DNA of 64,000 nucleotides from positions 184,326,001 to 184,390,000 of the forward strand of contig OZ024740.1 in NCBI GenBank assembly GCA_964016885.1, written 5' to 3'. The DNA is from Eledone cirrhosa. Lineage: Eukaryota. The position numbers were made by a program, and so were the translations under genes. Position 1 is the stretch's first letter; each line of letters starts with the position of its first letter. The notes below the pieces were generated by a model. The model was given only the letters and a program-made list of their open reading frames with translations, searched no databases and was not told where the DNA came from. Below are positions 60,561 to 64,000 of this stretch, piece after piece.

Positions 60561-60842
60561 TATATTGGTAAACGGAATAGAAAATGCTGACAAATTGTTC
60601 ACAGTTGAAAAATGGTTTAATTAGGAATAAAAGAGTATTAGTGATTGTATGGGTTAGTATTCAGTTGTGGTTTTAAGTTTTTAAGTTTTTACCGGTTGCG
60701 CATTTCTAAATGCTTTTCAAAAATAATTTTGAGATAGAGTGTCCGTGCTGTTTGCTCTGCTCTGATCAGAGCAAACAGCACGGACACTCTATCTCAAAAT
60801 TATTTTTGAAAAGCATTTAGAAATGCGCAACCGGTAAAACTT

Positions 60843-62167
60843 CGGAGTAGTGCTTTCATGTTTGTTGAACTTAATGTTCATGGTTGTTTTCATTAAATCT
60901 TGTTCGAAAGCATCGAGGTGAGGGTTTGTAGGTGGGTTTTTACATGATCTAAAACCATATGATTCAGACGAGTGATTGGCGCGTCCTTTATCGAAATTGA
61001 AAGCTTTCCATCGTACACGCCGAATGAAGTTGAATCGAACGACCAGAAATGGTATTATATCGGATCTACCACCACATCGTTTAAATCTCGCTGGTACCGT
61101 CATCGATTCTCAATCAAGCATCCGAATCACCGTTTTGTGACCACGCTCGCCAACAAGATCTGGCAACTCCGTGAACACAACCAACAGTTCACCTTAAAAT
61201 GGGATATACTTTCCAGCGCAAGTGCATATCGGAGTGGATTGAAGTACTGCAGGTTATGTAACCTTGAGCTATTTTACATATTAAAATCCAAAAGCAAACT
61301 ACTTAACGATAGAATTGAACGATCATTATACTGCAACCACAAACTAAAAGCTAAATTCTCTCACTATAAAATAACTTAACATTCGAACCCGTAACTATAA
61401 CACCACTTTCTAGCTAACAACCTTTTCTTCCCCCCACACTATAAGACAATACACTGCTTATCACTATACATGGTAACTCAGTGCAATTCCTAGATTACTA
61501 CTACAAAGCCAAAGTTCACTCGCCACACATACTTTGTCTCTCCCCTCTCTACCTATCTCTCTCTACATCCATTACACACTCTCTCTCTCACCTTTGACCT
61601 ACCTCCCTCTCAACATCTATGAACCTGCCCTCTGGGGCAATAAATAATTCCGACCTTAACTATCAACGCATCTCTCCAAAAGTAACCAGTATAATAAAAC
61701 CCCTACCATAACATTTTGATTAAGATATCTACAAGCCACTCTCTCCTACTTCTCCAACCCCTGCATATCTTTCTTTCTCTCTTCCTCTTCCCTACTTTTC
61801 TCTCTTCCTGTTCTACTCTATCTTCCCCCACTTAAGGGTATTTACATTGTACATTTACCATTCTGCTCTGAGGAAACAGTGGTCACAGCATTGGATATTC
61901 GAGTTCTGCAAGTACTTGTGAATTTGCACGTAGCGGAACTAGGCTGCAGTACCACCGTGGAAACACTTGTAAGCACACGGAATAAATTACCTTTTTATGA
62001 TGTCTACCTGTTATTATTCATTCTTTATATACACTCCGGAATACTGAAGGATCAGGAACTAAGTTTCTTGAGCAATTCTTCCATAACTCGTAGAGTAACA
62101 TCTTACCGTACGTCAACCATATCCAGTGTAGTAATTAACCATCACTACATCTTGGATAATCCTATAC

Positions 62168-62170
<3 letters not shown>
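60843..62170 (+). mobile_element. 5'-truncated Penelope-like element (GIY-YIG end) fused to an inverted N-terminal fragment
   Basis: Plus: WYYIGSTTTSFKSRWYRH..CRLCNLE (to 61379). Minus 60843-61040: FIRRVRWKAF..YGFRS..LDAFEQDL. Confidence 0.8.
61864..61975 (+). ncRNA. Hammerhead ribozyme motif with enlarged stem II
   Basis: TGCT-CTGAGGA-(85 nt closed by GTGGT/ACCAC)-GAAA-CACTTG-TA-AGCA. Confidence 0.6.
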
Positions 62171-62237
<67 letters not shown>

Positions 62238-62273
62238 TATACATATATATATATATATACATATATATATATG

Positions 62274-62323
<50 letters not shown>

Positions 62324-62344
62324 AATATATATATGTATATAAAT

Positions 62345-62520
62345 ATAACTGTTTCTACTTTAGGCACAAGGCCAGCAATTACCCAGTGCATTACTGGTAC
62401 TTTATGTTATCGACCCCGTAAGGATGAAAGGCAAAGTCAACCTCGGCGGGATTTGAACTCAGATCGTAAAGGGACGTAACTATGCTGGAAAGCATGGCGT
62501 CCGACCCTCTACCGATACTG
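62345..62520 (-). mobile_element. tRNA-derived SINE
   Basis: Nearly identical to 14319-14490. Confidence 0.85.
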
Positions 62521-62599
62521 AGAATAAATATAACGGCGACGAATTAGTTTTGCGAGAGTTTTTATATGAAATCGTGTGTCGAAACAAATATTGTTATAC

Positions 62600-62835
62600 T
62601 TGTATATGTATATGTATATAAATATATATATACGTATATAAATATATGTATATAAATATAAATATATGTATATAAATATATATATATGTATATAAATATA
62701 TATATGTATATATATATATATATATATATAAATATATATATTATATATAAATTTATATATATATATGTATATGTATATATATATATGCATATATTTATAT
62801 ATTTATAAATGTATATATATGCATATATATATATA

Positions 62836-62879
<44 letters not shown>

Positions 62880-63099
62880 ATTATATACATGTGTATATGT
62901 ATATTATTTATATATATATATGTATATATATATGTATATATATATGTGTATATATATATATATATACTTTAAGCTAATTTTTTATGTGTAAGTTTTATCT
63001 GTGTATATGTTATTTAACTGTAGTTGCTTGACTGTATAATTTCTAATTAATCCTAATTTTATAAATTTACTTGTTTCTCTTTCAATCTATCTGTCTAGT

Positions 63100-63132
<33 letters not shown>

Positions 63133-63215
63133 TTCTCTCTCTCCCTCTCTCTCTTTATATCTCTCTCTCTATCTCACACACACACATACACGCACACACA
63201 TACCCACACACACTA
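62600..63215. repeat. Degenerate (TA)n, then (TC)n/(CA)n microsatellites
   Basis: Direct reading. Confidence 0.9.
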
Positions 63216-63519
63216 CTATGATTGAAATCTGCTTGTAGATGTCTGAAGCACAATGACTGAAAGTTTAATGTGTAGATATACTATGCACGATGTGAGATCA
63301 ACATTTTTAAACACTATTGGTAAATTGAACAAAACTGTTTCCTTCATTCTGAACATAGTTTCTACCCATAATACCTAAAGAAGTGCAGTAAACTGTGGCC
63401 TGTTGCTCTGTGACTGGAGAGACTAGAATCTAGTGGAGTGATGCTCATGAATAACTGGGACTAAACATACTGTCAATGTGTATTGAATCTCTAGGTCGAC
63501 AGACCACTTTATAATGCTT

Positions 63520-63862
63520 CATCATCATCATCATCATCATCATTTCATTTTACGTCCGCTTTTACCCTGCTTGCAAGGTTGGGACGGGAACTGATTCTGG
63601 CTTGATTTCTACAGCTGGATGCCCTTCCTAACATCAACCTCATTTACAGTGAGTGCTGGGTGCCTTTTTGCCGTGGCACCTCCACGACCACTTTGGAGTG
63701 GAATGATATGGACCGCAGTCCCTATCATCTCATTTCTACAGCTGAGTAAACTGGAGCAACGTGAAATAAAGTGTCTAATTCAAGGAAACAACACATCACC
63801 CGGTCTGAGAATTGAACTCACAACCTTTTGATTGCAAGGCCAATGCTCTAACCACTAAGCCA
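63520..63862 (-). mobile_element. tRNA-derived CORE-type SINE with RTE-like tail and (ATG)n end
   Basis: Reverse complement begins GTGGCTTAGTGGTTAGAGC..GAGTTCAATTC (A/B boxes), then a CORE-like TTTCCTTGAATTAGACACTTTATTTCAC, and ends in (GAT)n. Confidence 0.7.
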
Positions 63863-64000
63863 CCTAAATGTTGTTATTGGTAATGGATCATCTAGGAGTA
63901 TTACCAATGAAACTGTATAACTTCTATTCAGATGAAGATTTATTTCTTGTCTGCTTTGTTTAACCTTATGATATCTGTGCTAAACATTGATTTCAATTAT

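Noticed and set aside
63780-63862. tRNA-like sequence as a tRNA gene
   Set aside because: It continues into a SINE body and tail, with no proper acceptor stem.

Overview
AT-rich, repeat-dominated animal genomic DNA. The SINE families and the extreme (TA)n/(TAA)n content suggest a cephalopod such as Octopus (inference). No host gene is confidently visible. The window holds: a non-autonomous Helitron (549-1449); three head-to-tail L1/Tx1-like LINEs and R4/Dong-like LINEs in (TAA)n arrays (10.2-29.2 kb); RTE fragments; tRNA-derived SINEs; and many decayed Penelope-like elements (PLEs; RT + GIY-YIG) in (TA)n tracts. The main signal is a dense set of hammerhead ribozymes (HHRs) read directly from the sequence. 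Two arrays of an essentially identical, non-coding 310-bp unit (40195-41907, 54004-56250) carry 12 complete type I minimal hammerheads. Both arrays have an inverted, tails-outward layout and identical end points, which fits a young retrozyme family copied from circular or multimeric RNA. A diverged 318-bp sister unit and two PLE terminal repeats carry the U3:A8 core variant. Nearly all PLE-related insertions share the tails-outward inverted architecture. All ribozyme calls are by-eye folds and are untested.
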